Source of the DNA: Squalus acanthias | Lineage: Eukaryota | Assembly (NCBI GenBank): GCA_030390025.1 | Contig: CM059431.1 | Coordinates: 127,040,001 to 127,104,000, forward strand | Reading direction: 5' to 3' | DNA length: 64,000 nt | Shown here: positions 31,651 to 45,473 of the stretch, in pieces | Position numbering within the stretch: position 1 is the stretch's first letter | Layout: each line of letters opens with the position of its first letter | Program-made: the position numbers and the translations under genes | Notes under the pieces: model-generated | Seen by the model: the letters and a program-made list of their open reading frames with translations, nothing else | What the model was told of the DNA's origin: nothing | The model's database searches: none

Positions 31651-33765
31651 ATAATTTTAAACAATTCTAGCAAATCCCTTCTCAGTCTTCTCTTTTCAAG
31701 AGAGAAAAGATCCAGTGTAATCAATCTTTCCTCTTACTTACTCCCTTACATTCTGGGATTAACTATGTAGCTGTTCTCTCTACCACCTCCAATGACTTAA
31801 TATCCTTTTTGAAAAAGTGAGACCAAAGCTGAACACCATACTCAGATGTAGTCTCACCAGGGCCAAAAACAATTTTAAAATGACCTCTCTGGATTTATAG
31901 GTTATACGCCTTGATATACATCCCAACATTCTATTGGTTTTTTAACTGCCTGGGTAGATTGTGCTGATTGTTTTAGAGTCCTCCCCATTAAATCTCAAGA
32001 TCTCTCTGCTGCTCTGATGCATCAAGTACATTCCCATTTAGCATATAATCCACATCAACCTTCTCTCTGACAAATCTCATAGCCTTATATTTCCCTGTAT
32101 TAAACTGTCATTTCTGTACCCACTGATCAAACTTGTAAAAATCCTTTTGATTTTGTGCATTTTGATATTCATCATTTGCCACTGCTTCTAAAGAATATAG
32201 CCAACAGTGGCCCCAACACTGAACCTCATGGTACTCCACTGGTAACTGGCTGCTAACCTGATACCTGCCTATGTATGCCTACTTGCTGTCTACCAACCAA
32301 CCATTTGTCAATCAATTTTAATACACTCACATCCATCCCATGGGCTTGAACCTTATGTAATAGCCAGATAGATAACATCCATTGTCTCTCCCCTATTTAC
32401 TAAGTCTATTATCTCCTCAAAGAAATGTAATACATTGGTCAAGTATAGCCTCCTAACTCTTAAAACGATGCTGACTGTCTTGGAATAGCTCCTGCCTGTC
32501 AAGATGCTCCCTCATAGTATTTCTCAAAATACTTTCAAATACTTTTCCAACTTACACCTCTATAATTTAACGGTTCATCCCTCACCTCATTTCTGAAGAT
32601 GGGAGTCACATTTGCTGTTTTCCAATCTTCTGGCATTTGGCCTGTGTCCAGTGAAAAGAGACATAACCACCAGCAATCGTTTGAGACAATTCCTTCAGAA
32701 CCCTGGGATGAAAGTTGTCAGAGCCAGGAGTCATAGCTACCTGCAGCTTCACCAACTTCCCCAATACGACCTCTACTGCGATTTTAAACATTTTCAGTTG
32801 ATATCCACTTTTAAACTGTACCCAACTCTGGCATTTCTGTCCCCTCCCCCTGTTTCTTTTGTGAACACTGTTAAGTACTTCAGCAATTTCTTTATCTTCA
32901 GACACCACTTCCACATTATCATTTTTTAATGGTTCAACCCTTCATTGAACAATTTGTTTACTCCTGACACATTTGAAAAATGCTTTACTGTTCTGCTTTA
33001 TGTTTCCAGTTATCTTTTCCTCAGCCTATCTTTCTAGGTCTCGCTACTGTCCTTCTTTCCTGTATGCTTTCACTTTCTCCCTAATGCCTTTCACAACTTT
33101 GTTAGTAAGGCAAACTGGACTTACTCTTTTATTGCTTCCTACTCATTCCTTAGAATTACATTTAATATTGCATTACCCCTTGTGGGCTCCTTAACATACT
33201 GTTTTAGAAATAAGACCCTCACAATTTGAATTAATTCCCACTCACATGTAGATTGTTCCCATCGTGCACTACAGTCAATATCAGGAAGATTAAAATTCCC
33301 CAGGATTCTACTGAAGATTTGACACAAAACTGTCCTTTTGTCGACCACAAAACTGCAACAGCCTCTCGCTGATTATTTGGAGGCCTGTCGTATATTCCTA
33401 TTACTAACGTTTTCCCTTTACTGTCCTGTATTTATTCCAAAGAGACTCAGTACTACTTCCAGCATTGTAACTAGTACTTCTCTAACAAACAATGCTACCC
33501 CACCTCCTGCCATACCTTACTGGTCCTTCCTAAAACACACAAAACCTTGCAAGTTAATTCCCAGTCATCAAATGATTTCGGCCAGGTTTCAGACACGCCT
33601 ACAACATCTATTTCCTCTCTATGTGCCAACACGTCCAGCACACCCATTTTATTCTTTACACTCCTTGAATTCATATAAACACTATTCTGGTTATCCCACT
33701 TTCCTAATTATTCTTAACCTACAGTCTGTTGTGTTTCCCCTCCCCCTGCCATGATAGTTTAAGTC
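31650..33765 (-). mobile_element. Old degraded CR1 LINE (endonuclease to RT remnants)
   Basis: GNFNLPDID, EPTRGNAIL and PGSDNFHPRVLKEL remnants on the minus strand. Confidence 0.7.
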
Positions 33766-35326
33766 CACCTCCACTACCTTACGGAGAGGGCGGGGAAGAC
33801 ATGTCCGAGAGTATCAGAAACAGAAGGAGAAAGAAATGGATTGAAGTAAAATTGAAACAAAACATTAAAAGACAAGATTGATGATAGTTATAGTGCTATT
33901 TTAGTTTGAATTGTAATTAAGCCTGTTTTCTACCAGTGTTTAGTATTTAATGTGATTTTATTAAAGGAATAATTAATAAAGTTTAATTGTTTCACAAAAA
34001 AATACACTGAGAAATGATTGAATTTGAATGAGCAGAAAATGATCCTCGGGGCTGCCAGTGGGAGGAGAATTCCTCTAAACCTGCCATTAATTACTTATCA
34101 GAAATGACTACGAGCTCTGCTGATCATCCCCTTTTTTTCTTAGAACTTTACACCCATTCTGAATGGGACGAGACAACACAATTTACTTTAATACGACCCA
34201 CAGAAGATAATCGCACATATCTCTTAATGCAAGCTCTTTACTGTTATTGGCAAGCCCCTAATAATTTTTTCTCTGAACAACAATTCAGATATAGCACCTT
34301 TAATATAGTAAAACATTCCAAGGCACTTCACAGGACTGTAAGCAGACATGAATTACACTGAGCCAAAGAAGGAGATATTAGGACAGGTGACTGAAAGTTT
34401 GGCCAAAGAGGAAGGTCTTAAAGGAGGAGAGAGAGGTGGACAGGTTTAAGGAGATAATTCTAGAGCTTAGGGCCTAGACAGCTGAAGGCACGGCCACCAA
34501 TAGTGGGACAAAGAGACTGGATGTTGGACAAGCAGTCTGACAACATAGAAACAGTAGACGGATCGAAAGAGGGGTAGTGAGGTGGAGCTGGGCGTCGTTG
34601 GCATACATGTGGAACCTGACATTATGGAGGCTATTTTCCCTGCTGTAGTGCCAGTACTTTAGGTGCTAAACGTGGCTAGGCCTCCAACGTGGCAAAGATG
34701 GGGTCTTGAGCTGCAGCGCCTGGTTAGCCCACCTTCAGTGCAAGATGCCATCTTGGTAAAGGAATTTAAGCGCACACAAAGAACGGCCACCATGAGGATG
34801 ATTAAGCCTATGATTACCAATTAAATAATTAAATTGTTTCCTGATGATCATTAAAGAGGCTGCACGCCGTTTTGCTGGCTAGCACTGCAATTAACAACCT
34901 CTCCAAACAGCGACCAGCTGAACAGGAGTAAAGAAGTCGTTGGTGAAGATTGGGAGCGCTACTTACTGATTGAGATCGACTGACTACACTGCATTTGAAG
35001 AGGACTTTTGATACACATTCGGAGACTTTCTGGAACACTTTGTCAAGACTTCTACCAACATTTTTGTCAGAAATTATCTGAGGACTTCACCTAAAAGAGT
35101 CAGTGCTGTGCTACTTTACCTTATTAGAGACATTTTAGTTGTCATCAGGAGAAAGGGAGTGCTTGGTCATGGGAATCTTGCTATGGGTCCCCCTTGGTGT
35201 TGAGGATAAATGGGAGGAGGAGATGAGGTCAGGATGGATCAGAGAGGGAAAGGAGAAACTGGAAGGCAAGGATGGTGCTCAGCAGGAGGCCCGATCCACC
35301 CAGAGTATTCAGAGAGGCCAGGCTAG

Positions 35327-36101
35327 AAGTGCCAGGCAATGACTATCTCCAACAAGCGAGAGTCTAACCACCGCCCCTTGACATTCAATGGCATTACCAT
35401 CGCCAAATCCCCCACCATCAAAATCCTGGGGGTTACCATTGACCAGGAACTTAACTGGACCAGCCACATAAATACTGTGGCAACAAGAGCAGGTCAGAGG
35501 CTAGGTATTCTGCGGCGAGCGTCACACCTCCTGACTCCCCGAAGCCTTTCTACCATCTACAAGGCACAAGTCAGGAGTGTGATGGAATACTCTCCACTTG
35601 CCTGGATGAGTGCAGCTCCAACAACACTCAAGAAGCTCGACACCATCCAGGACAAAGCAGCCCACTTGAATGGCACCCCATCCACCACCTTAAACATTCA
35701 CTCCCTCCACCAACGGTGTACCGTGGCTGCAGTGCATACCATCTACAAGATGCACTGCAGCAACACGTCAAGGCTTCTTCGGCAGCACCTCTCAAACCCA
35801 CGACCTCTTCCACCTAGGAGGACAACGGCAGCAGGCGCATGGGAACACCACCACCTCCAAGTTTACCTCCAAGTCACACACCATCCTGACTTAGAAGTAT
35901 ATCGCCGATCCTTCATCGCCACTGGGTCAAAATCCTGGGACTCCCTACCTAAAAGTACTGTGGGGAGTACCTTCACCACACGGACTGCAGCGGTTCAAGA
36001 AGGCGGCTCACCACCACCTTCTCAAGGGCAATTAGGGATGGGCAATAAATGCTGGCCTTGCCAGCGACGCCCACATCCCATAAACTAATTTAAAAAAAAA
36101 A
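35327..36101 (+). mobile_element. CR1/L2-group LINE 3' fragment with A-tail
   Basis: ORF 35339-36088 (ILGVTIDQELNWTSHI, YKAQVRSVMEY); tail GGGCAATAAATGCTGGCCTTGCCAGCGACGCC followed by poly-A. Confidence 0.9.
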
Positions 36102-36489
36102 TCATTATAGCCCAGGGATGGGCAGTAACTTTAGAAATGTTTGAGAATTACCGCCAGGCGCTAATGCTTTAGAATGCATGCAAAATTCATTCTCACTACT
36201 CAAAGAAATGATTGGGATGCTAAATCAAGTCTTAAAGGCCTAGCTCAGTGGGGTTACACTCAAAGGGTGGAGCAATATCGGGTGCAGTCTAATCTCAACT
36301 CATCATTGCCACAGGCTTTTCCCAGTACTTAAAGGGGAGGTTCATTGATACAACAGCACCTCATTCTCAGCATTGCTGGCTGTGCAGCTGCCTTAGCAAG
36401 GAGAAGCACAACAAGGAGAAGGAGCCAGAGGACTGAAGCAGGTGTGCCCATGGCAGATCCACCTCAGTCAGGTGGTCAGGGTGATTGAA

Positions 36490-37617
36490 TGCTTCAACAA
36501 ATGCTACACACCACAATCTGTACCACAAGCTTCACACACTGCCCAAAGCACCACACCCCCAGTGCTCACCCACCAACAATCTCTAACTACCAACACTCAC
36601 ACCCACATCTCACGCCTTGCACAGAATGACAGCTGTTCAACTATGGCAGGAACAAGGGTAATTATTTATTAGAATGAATGTGATGTCTGTGATATGTTTA
36701 TGCATAAATTTATTGATGGAGTTTGCAATATTTTGTGGTTTCTCTCATTTCACCTTTGCACCCAGGAGGATGCTGTGACATGGCATGACACAGCGATGGT
36801 ATGATGGGCATTTGGTGAGCAAAAGGGATCTGGGGTTTAAGTCATCCTGGTGTGAGGCTGGAGGTCTGTTTGGAGGAGGTGGCACAGTTCTGTGACCACC
36901 ACCTTGGTGATGCAGAGCCATCTAATACACTGCTCCTTGTTTAATTGAAGGTAGGAGAAGTGCTGTTTGAATACCCTCGGAGGGTAAGGCCTCCTGGTGA
37001 GAGCCCTGATGCCCCTCCTCATCCCTCTGCGTACATGTTCCCGTATTTCTGGCTGCCTACGCTCCCTCCGCCGTAGATCCTGAGGGCGAGGTGACACCAG
37101 TACAGCCCCCATTAATGTTGCCAAGTGTAGCAGTTTGAATATTTGAACAATAAATGTAGCCACTTTGCACTTGCCAGAAGACTGCTGATAATAAAGAAGC
37201 TTGCAATTACTCATAGGAACTGATCCACTGGGTGAAACTTACAAGAAACCACTGAAACTGACCTGCCCTGACAGCTGCGAGTGATTAATGCTGATACCTT
37301 TAAATAACGTCACTGGAGCCGGCTTCCCGCAGCTGTGCGCCAGCTCTCCCTGTCGCTGGCTGGTCGAGGGGCAAAGGTAAGTGGCAACAATGAATTTTCC
37401 AGATCAGGCGCCCAGTGAGTGTTGCTGATGTCATGATCTGCCTGGCGTTGACATCCCCGGCTGTACCTCATACCGGCAGTGCAACGGGGGTGGGGGGGGG
37501 GGTGCGGATTTGCCATGCGGCGCTGGATTCGTCTCGCCCCGGTGCTACTGCATAAGCACCCCGTTACCGCCCTCTGCAGGTGCTAACCGGAGGCGCTAAC
37601 CTACCAAATTTCCCCCT
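36490..37617 (-). mobile_element. Harbinger derivative carrying the transposase N-terminus
   Basis: RRPYPPRVFKQHFSYLQLNKEQCIRWL...VTELCHLLQTDLQP matches the N-terminus at 59430-59290. GC-rich end AAATTTCCCCC. Confidence 0.65.
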
Positions 37618-37619
37618 CC

Positions 37620-38420
37620 ACCCCCACTCCTACATTCACATGACCCAAAAACCAGCGCATGAGGGGACTGCACTTTACCAAGCAGGTTGTCACAGAGATC
37701 TGTGGCCTCGTGGAAGGAAGACTCAGATCTCACAGCACAACCAGAATTGCATTGCCCGTGGCAGTCAAGGTCACAGTAGCACTTAATTGTTATGCTGAAA
37801 CCTTCCAGGCTGCCACAGGTGATATCTCACAATCCTCTGTGCACTTCTGCATAAGGGAGGTTGCTGAGGCTCCTTAAGCTCTGAGGAATGATTATATCAT
37901 TCCCTATTGTCAGAGAAGACCAGAGGCAGAGAACTCTCATTTTCGACAGGATTTCGGGTTCCCCATGATCCAGGGAGCCATTGACAGCACACAGGTGCCT
38001 CATTTAAATTCAGAGGTGTTCAGGAACAGGAAGGGACTCCATTCCCTCAAGCTGCAGCTCGTGTGCGACCACTGGCGACGCATCATGCAGGTGAATGCCT
38101 GCTATCCAGTGAGCTGCCACGATGCATTTATAATGCAATAGTCATATGTCCCACAGATCTTTTAGCCCCAATGCATTGTGCATGGCTGGCTACTAGGTGA
38201 CTAAGGATACCCTCTGATGCCATGGCTCATGACTTCCCTGAGAAAGCCCCAGACACCAGCTGAGCATTCATACAATGAGAGGTGCTCTACCACCAGGAAT
38301 ATCATTGAGCAGACCATTGGGATCCTCAAGCAGAGGTTTACATGCCTTGACCGCTCAGAAGGTGCCTTGCAGTTCTCAGCCGAGAATGGCCCCAAACTCA
38401 TGCTGATTTATTGCATCAAA
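37620..38420 (+). pseudogene. Decayed Harbinger (HARBI1-like) DDE transposase
   Basis: ALPVAVKVTVALN, QGAIDST, NRKG.HS, GD*GYPLMPWLMT and IEQTIGILKQRF. The acidic C-terminus continues at ~39160-39245 and ~39790-39890. Confidence 0.85.
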
Positions 38421-39140
38421 TGACCCTGAAATGAGCTTCCGACCACATATCCGCAGCATAACAAAGATCGCCTACTTCCACCTCCGTAACATTGCCCGTC
38501 TCCGCCCTTGCCTCAGCTCATCCGCTGCTGAAACCCTCATCCATGCCTTTGTTACCTCTAGACTTGACTATTCCAACGCACTCCTGGCTGGCCTCCCACA
38601 TTCCACCCTACATAAACTTGAGGTCATCCAAAACTCGGCTGCCCGTGTCCTAACTCGCACCAAGTCCCGTTCACCCATCACCCCCTGTGCTCGCTGACCT
38701 ACATTGGCTCCCGGTTAAGCAGCACCTCGATTTCAAAATTCTCATTCTTGTTTTCAAATCCCTCCATGGCCTCGCTCCCCTCCCTATCTCTGTAATCTCC
38801 TCCAGCCACACAACCCCCCGAGATATCTGCGCTTCTCTAATTCTGCCCTCTTGAGTATCCCTGATTATAATCGCTCTACCTTTGGTGGCCGTGCCTTCTG
38901 TTGCCTGGGCCCCAAGCTCTGGAATTCCCTGCCTAAACCTGTCCACCTCGCTACCTCTCTTTCCTCCTTTAAGACGCTCCTTACAACCTACCTCTTTGAC
39001 CAAGCTTTCGGTCACCTGCCCTAATTTATCCAAATGTGGACCGGTGTCAAATTTTTTGTCTTAAAATACTCCTGTGCAGCACCTTGGGACATTTTACTAC
39101 ATTAAAGGCGCTATATAAATACAAGTTGTTTTTGTTGTTG
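38420..39140 (+). mobile_element. L2 LINE 3' fragment
   Basis: HLRNIARLRP, LIHAFVTSRLDYSNALL and LHWLPV; tail AAAGGCGCTATATAAATACAAGTTGTT. Confidence 0.9.
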
Positions 39141-39249
39141 TATCATCCACAATCCAGTGATCATCAGACAACAGCTGGTGCCACCAGAAATTGTGCCAGA
39201 GGGTCAAGCTCAGGAGCCACAACAGGAGGAGAAAGAAGGGGAGGTTATT

Positions 39250-39795
39250 TTATTCATTTTTATGGGATGTGGGCTTCGCTAGGAAGGCCAGCAGTTATTG
39301 CCCATCCCTAATTGCCCTTGAGAAGGTGGTGGTGCACCACCTTCTTGAACCGCTGCAGTCCGTGTGGTGAAGGTACTCCCACAGTGCTGTTAGGGAGGGA
39401 GTTCCAGGATTTTGACCCAACAACGATGAAGGATCGGCGATATACTTCTAAGTCATGATGATGTGCGACTTGGAGGGGAACTTGGAGGTGGTGGTGTTCC
39501 CATGTGCCTGCTGCCCTTGTCCTTCTAGATGGAAGAGGTCGCGGGTTTGGGAGATGCTGCCGAAGAAGCCTTGGCAAGTTCCTGCAGTGCTTCTTATAGA
39601 TGGTACACACTGCATCCACGGTGTGCCGGTGGTGGAGTGAGTGAATGTTTAAGGTGGTAGAGGGGGTGCCAATCAAGCGGGCTGCTTTGTCCTGGATGGT
39701 GTCGAGCTTCTTGGGTGTTGTTGGAGCTGCACTCATCTAGGCAAGTGGAGAGTATTCCATCACACTCCTTACTTGTGCCTTGTAGATGGTGGAGA
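39250..39795 (-). mobile_element. CR1/L2-group LINE 3' fragment
   Basis: ORF 39308-39736 MSAAPTTPKKLDTIQDKA...HHHLLKGN. Confidence 0.85.
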
Positions 39796-39903
39796 AGGTT
39801 GAGAAGGAGAAGGAAGATGAGGGGTTTCCAAGTAGATGGTTCACACCTGGGAGGGCTGCTCGCATGCCATCTAATTGAAGACCACTTTTGAGAGATGTCC
39901 TCC

Positions 39904-41258
39904 TGAAGGGATAATTACTAGTCCTAGCCCCTTTAGGGCTACCCCAGATCAGGCGTATTCCCCAGACGTTCACTTTCAACTAAAGTTTGAGGTAGCCAAA
40001 TCCTAAAGATGCTTAATTGGGTCTAAAGGTCTGGACCATCTCTCCCTAAAGGAAAGGAACAACCTGAAAATGTTACCATCCTCCAGATAGCACTTTTAAT
40101 AAGTTTAGCTAGACTGTAACGTTCCGGATATTATGAGGGTCCGGAAAACTCCCCCAGAATTCTGCAACTCCTCACCAAAGAGTGTACAGAAATTGAGTTT
40201 GCGAGTTTGATACAGAAATATTATGTGAGACAATTCTAAAAATATATAGATTTATTAAAGAACCAACATGTAATTACAGTTGGTGATTCAATCGCAACAT
40301 TAACAGTTCCAAAAACAGAAAGCTTACAATTCTATTATCAGAGATCCTTATTCTCAAATCTTAACTTCGTTACAGTTTTACAGTTCTTAGTCTTATTCAG
40401 AATATCCACCAAAATCAAATACAGCACCTTTTGATCCCGAGGTACTAAGAGTTATAGACTTACAGAGCCACCTCTGAAGCCTGAGAACCGCTTTGCCCCT
40501 TTACAGCGAATCTATTATCCCATTTGAAAGTTCAATATTTATACCCTTTTTCAGTGGTATTTCCTTTGAAGTTTTCTGCTGATGTAAGCTAAGTATCTCT
40601 AGTCATTTTTCTGCTGACTTCTACAATTCTTACAATCACTTCAGCTGGTAGCAATACAGACTTGTGTCTCTCCTCTAGGTGTTCGAAGCTTATCATAAAA
40701 AACGGAATAATAGCAGGTGTTTCTATTTGATGTCATTTTTACTAAGGACTGCTGTTTATGCTGTTGCAATTAGAACACCGTAACTAGGGTGATCTATGCA
40801 ATTCTTAGTCACCTGAGCTGGTTGCAATACAGAATTATGTCTCCTGTGTAGGTGTCTTAAGCTTAACACAAAAACAGTGTGATGGCAGGTGTTTCTTTTA
40901 CTTGATGTCTTTTTTACGAAGGCATATGTTTCTTAATGTTATGTGCCTGTTTATGAAGTGTAACTTAGAACACCTTAACCAGGATGCACCATTGTCTTCT
41001 TTCCAAAGATTCAGACCATCAGGAGCCACCAACCTTCTGTTTCAATAAGGTTATTGATTCAGTGACAACAACTATCTTATCTCAATAGCCTGTATGCTGC
41101 TACAGCTTTAGATTGTTGAGGCTTCCAGATTTCCAACACCAGTTTGTCATGTTTTAATAAGGCCAGAATTCTTTCATGGAATGGTGTATTTTTCTGACTA
41201 GGTTATATGGCTTATTCCTTCACACTCCATCACTGGACTTCAGAACATTGTTGCCACA
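39904..41258 (-). mobile_element. Probable solo LTR (family of 22900-25082)
   Basis: TGAAGGGATAATTAC...TTGCCACA. Homology to the other copy stops at both termini. TSD not resolved. Confidence 0.6.
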
Positions 41259-41759
41259 TGCCTTAACTTCCAGGACTGAGGATCCATCAAGAAGTCCATC
41301 ATCTGCACTCAATCCTTTCAACACCTTCCCCATGAAGAACACAATAAAAAAGACCACCAATTCCACCACTACCCAATTACCATAATCACTCTTTGTCTAT
41401 ACCAAAAACAAACAGTGAAAACATTACAACAAACAACAGCACTTACAAATATCCAGTGATCTACTGGAGGACAGATCTTTGGGCAGCTGGGACACTCTGC
41501 AAGCCCCTTTCAACAGATGAGCCCAGAACCACCATAGCAGCTAACTGAGCTTCCATTGCAGCACTTTGTCATTCCATGGAACCTGTTTGACGTTCCCTGG
41601 TAGCTGCTATGACTGCAATGGAAGCTATGACTTGAGTCATCAGACGCTGCATGATGTCAGGCTCCACAGGTCGCTGGCTGGAAGTCACCAGCCACTACAT
41701 GCTGGAGAGGATGGGTTCCAGGCTCTGCTTCAAGCCACGGGCCAAGCTGGAGGCTCGAA

Positions 41760-42644
41760 GTGTTGAGTAACTTGTACTGTGTGCGCTCATCCACCAGTCC
41801 ACACACAAACTTATCTCGCAACGCACGATCCAAAAATGTGCCCAAGTTACAATTGAAAGATAGGTTCTTAAGAGCTACAATGTACTCACTAATGGTTTCA
41901 CTTTGTTTCTGGTTTCTGGTACCAAACTTATTGGTTTCTGCTATTTCTACCAGCTTTGGGTTGAAATGGTCCTCGAGTTTCTCGACAATGACTTCAAACA
42001 ATGCATCTTTCCCTTTCCCTGGCGCGAGTAGATTTGTCAACGTTCTGTAGACATCTGGCCCAATCTCCCTTAGAAAAATTGCTTTCTTCCATTCATTAAT
42101 TACTTTATTTTGAGCTTGAACATTCTCACCTTCAGTCTCAATAATGTTATTGGCCCTAAAAAACATCTCCATCTGCTCAATGTAAGAACTGAATGGTTCA
42201 CGAGCTCGGTCATACATGCCGAGGCTTCCGATGAATCCCATAGGCGCGGCCATGATTGTCCTGATCCCATTGAACAGTGACTCAGCATGCTACCTGTGTA
42301 CCTGTGAGAATCAATGCCATTGTTGCTGTGTATACGTATGTGCGAAGGCAAAGCACAGACGATTCTGCACGAGCATTAACAGTAACACATCGCAAAAATT
42401 CAGTTTAGGTGTCACAAATTCATCTTAAACTTTTCCACTCGAAGGTTGAATACTGTCCTTCCAGGATCCCTAAAAATGGCTTTGGGATCCCATTCTCGTC
42501 GCCAAAATGTAATATATGTGGGTAGAACAAATGAATGACAGAGACACAATGAGTTACTAGTCAAGGTGCTTGCTTTACTGGGCCAGAGCGAACTGAGCAT
42601 GCTCATACTAAACCATACGACAAATCATGTGTTAATACATTACA
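41760..42644 (-). mobile_element. 5' fragment of a Ty3/Gypsy retrotransposon: 137-bp LTR, tRNA-Ser-type PBS, truncated gag
   Basis: LTR 42508-42644 (TGTAAT...ATTACA). PBS TGGCGACGAGAATGGGAT at 42504-42487. gag from 42253 (YIEQMEMFFRAN...QKQSETISEYIVALKNLS...LRDKFVCGL). Confidence 0.85.
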
Positions 42645-44049
42645 CCTAAGTACTTCTTAACTAATTGAACAACCATTTAACCAGTATCATTTGGCCAGCT
42701 CTCTCTAGAGCATAGTGTACGAACACCAGTATGATCATCAGCTCAGAACTGTCAAATTTCTGCCCAATAATATTCCTGCCTCTCAAATGTATCTCAAAGT
42801 AAGCTGTTCTCAGAGGGCTATGGTTTTTTTGTAGCAGTGTCATGAGCTAGGTTTCAAGCAAAATCACTCATACTTCTGAGAAGTCAACAATTCAACTGAT
42901 CATTCTGGAATATTTGGAAAAGCCACGATTCCCTCAAGATATTTTTGTCATAGGCATTTTCTGGAAAGCATGTTAACTTCTTTGACAGTAGATGCAGACC
43001 TGTTGGAGGGGCATCCTTTTAACCATAGAAACTCTTGATCCCAATTTTAACTCCCCCCTCACCCCCTCCGCCGACCCAACCCCCCGTGCCTGCCAGAAAC
43101 TGGGCGGGGGGGGGGGGCAGTTAAAATGATGGGAGAGACTTACCTCCTCCAACCTTAATTTTTTTAAAGATGTCTTCACGCTAATGCCCCAACCATACTG
43201 AAAAGCAGGGCGATCATGAGTGAGAAATAACCCCCCACCTCCGCACAACTCTTAACATCATCAAGAATTGCTTCCCGCTGAAAAACAAGTGTCCACACAA
43301 ATTAATGCGGCACATTTTAATATGGGGGCAGAGATGAATTTTCCGGATTATTTTCTCCCCTAATTGGCCTGGGCTTTTATCTGTTTTTTTTCTCTCCCAG
43401 GAGATCACAGGATGGGCTGGGGAGAGTACGTATTGTGATGCACAAGACATCACAGCTGTATGGGACAGGCAGGAAGGACCGATAGGTCTTATCCTGGCCA
43501 TCATTCTTTGTACGTTTGTACGATCGAAAACTGCTGGAATACATCGAACAAAGAACCGCTGAACATCAAAAATACTTCATCTGGTACACTTTGGCACCAT
43601 TAGCTTATTACTTATGCAGTTCGGTCAGTCACTGAATAATCTTGATATTCATCATTCTCCTGTCTCATATCATTTATTTTCCTGTTTTCATTCAACCAAT
43701 TTCAATTAAATTAAGAGCCAGATAATTGTTTTAAATGTTTACCAATATCAGTTTATTGAACTTTGAAATCAAAATTTAACGCAGCTTTGATAAAGTTTGC
43801 ACAGAGTCATTGGATTATTTTCATCAGTTCCCTCTGCAGTTTGAAGATTAGAAAAAGAAAGGAGCTTCAAGAAATGTAGGGTTCTACTTAGCTCGTACTC
43901 TTATGACTTGGAGCACCTGATGTAGCCAGTGAATTATATTCATGATCTGTAGATACACAATATATAAGGCAGCAATTTATTTGCCTGTACTTTTGAAACA
44001 CTTCTGAATTTTCCTCAGCCTGGAAATGAACATGCTTTTCTATCTTTTT

Positions 44050-44807
44050 TTTAATTCGTTTATGGGATCAGGGCGTCGCTGGCAAGGCCAGCATTTATTG
44101 CCCATCCCTAGTTGCCCTTGAGAAGGTGGTGGTGAGCCGCCTTCTTGAACTGCTGTAGTCCGTGTGGTGATGGTACTCCCACAGTGCTGTTAGGTAGGGA
44201 GTACCAGGATTTTGATCCAGCGACGATAAAGGATCGGCGATATATTTCTAAGTCAGGATGGTGTGTGACTTGGAGGGGAACTTGGAGGTGGTGGTGTTCC
44301 CATGCGCCTGCTGCCGTTGTCCTTCTAGGTGGAAGAGGTCGCGGGTTTGGGAGGTGCTGCCGAAGAAGCCTTGGTGAGTTGCTGCAGTGCATCTTGTAGA
44401 TGGTGCACACTGCAGCCACGGTACGCCGGTGGTGGAGGGAGTGAATGTTTAAGGTGGTAGATGGGGTGCCAATCAATTGGGCTGCTTTGTCCTGGATGGT
44501 GTCGAGCTTCTCGAGTGTTGTTGGAGCTGCACTCATCCAGGCAAGTGGAGAGTATTCCATCACACTCCTTACTTGTGCCTTGTAGATGGTGGAAAGGCTT
44601 TGGGGAGTCAGGAGGTGAGACACTCACCACAGAATACCTAGCCTCTGACCTGCTCTTGTTGCCACAGTATTTATATGGCTGGTCCAGTTAAGTTTCTGGT
44701 TAATGGTGACCCCCAGGAAGTTTATAGTGGGGGATTCGGCAATGGTAATGCCATTGAATGTCAAGGGGATGTGGTTAGACTCTCGCTTGTTGGAGATAGT
44801 CATTGCC
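44050..44807 (-). mobile_element. CR1/L2-group LINE 3' fragment
   Basis: ORF 44108-44623 and the family 3' tail. Confidence 0.88.
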
Positions 44808-45473
44808 TCATAGTCATAGTCATCTCTCCCTCCAATCCTGTCTCCCCCACTCCTGAAGGCACTGACTTATAGAGGTGCAATTCAATGAGTGATGGCTTCC
44901 CTTTCCGACCTCACTCAAGTGGCTTACATAGTGACTGTCAGCAAGCTGTTTGACACATCTGCACTTTCCAGGGGAATCACTGGCTGGCAATTCGGAGCAG
45001 GTATGCTGGCTGATTTCCCCCCCCTCCCCCCATTTCAAGACTAAGAGGCCAATTGCAATGGTTGTACTGCCACCCTGGCTGAGATCAAATTAATTCAGCA
45101 CAGACTGAATTTTTTATTAACACACTTCCTAATTTGTTATGACAATTCCAGTAATAAGTAAGGTCAAAGAATGACTTCCTGTGTAAATCAAAACATGCAG
45201 TACCACAATATTCTTCAGATACTAAAATATTTAGCATATTGCTAATGTCAAACATTCCCCTAAGTTACCTCTTTTCACCATTTGGAGACTATTGCCAGAA
45301 CCATTATTTCCAATCTGTTTTTTTTCATTCATGCATATATATGGTTGTTGCTGGTAAGGCCAGCATTTATTGCCCATCACTAATTGCCCTTGAGAAGGTG
45401 GTGGTGAGCCGACTTCTTGAACCGCTGCAGTCTGCGAGGTGAATGTATTCCCACAAGGCTGATAGAGAGGGAG

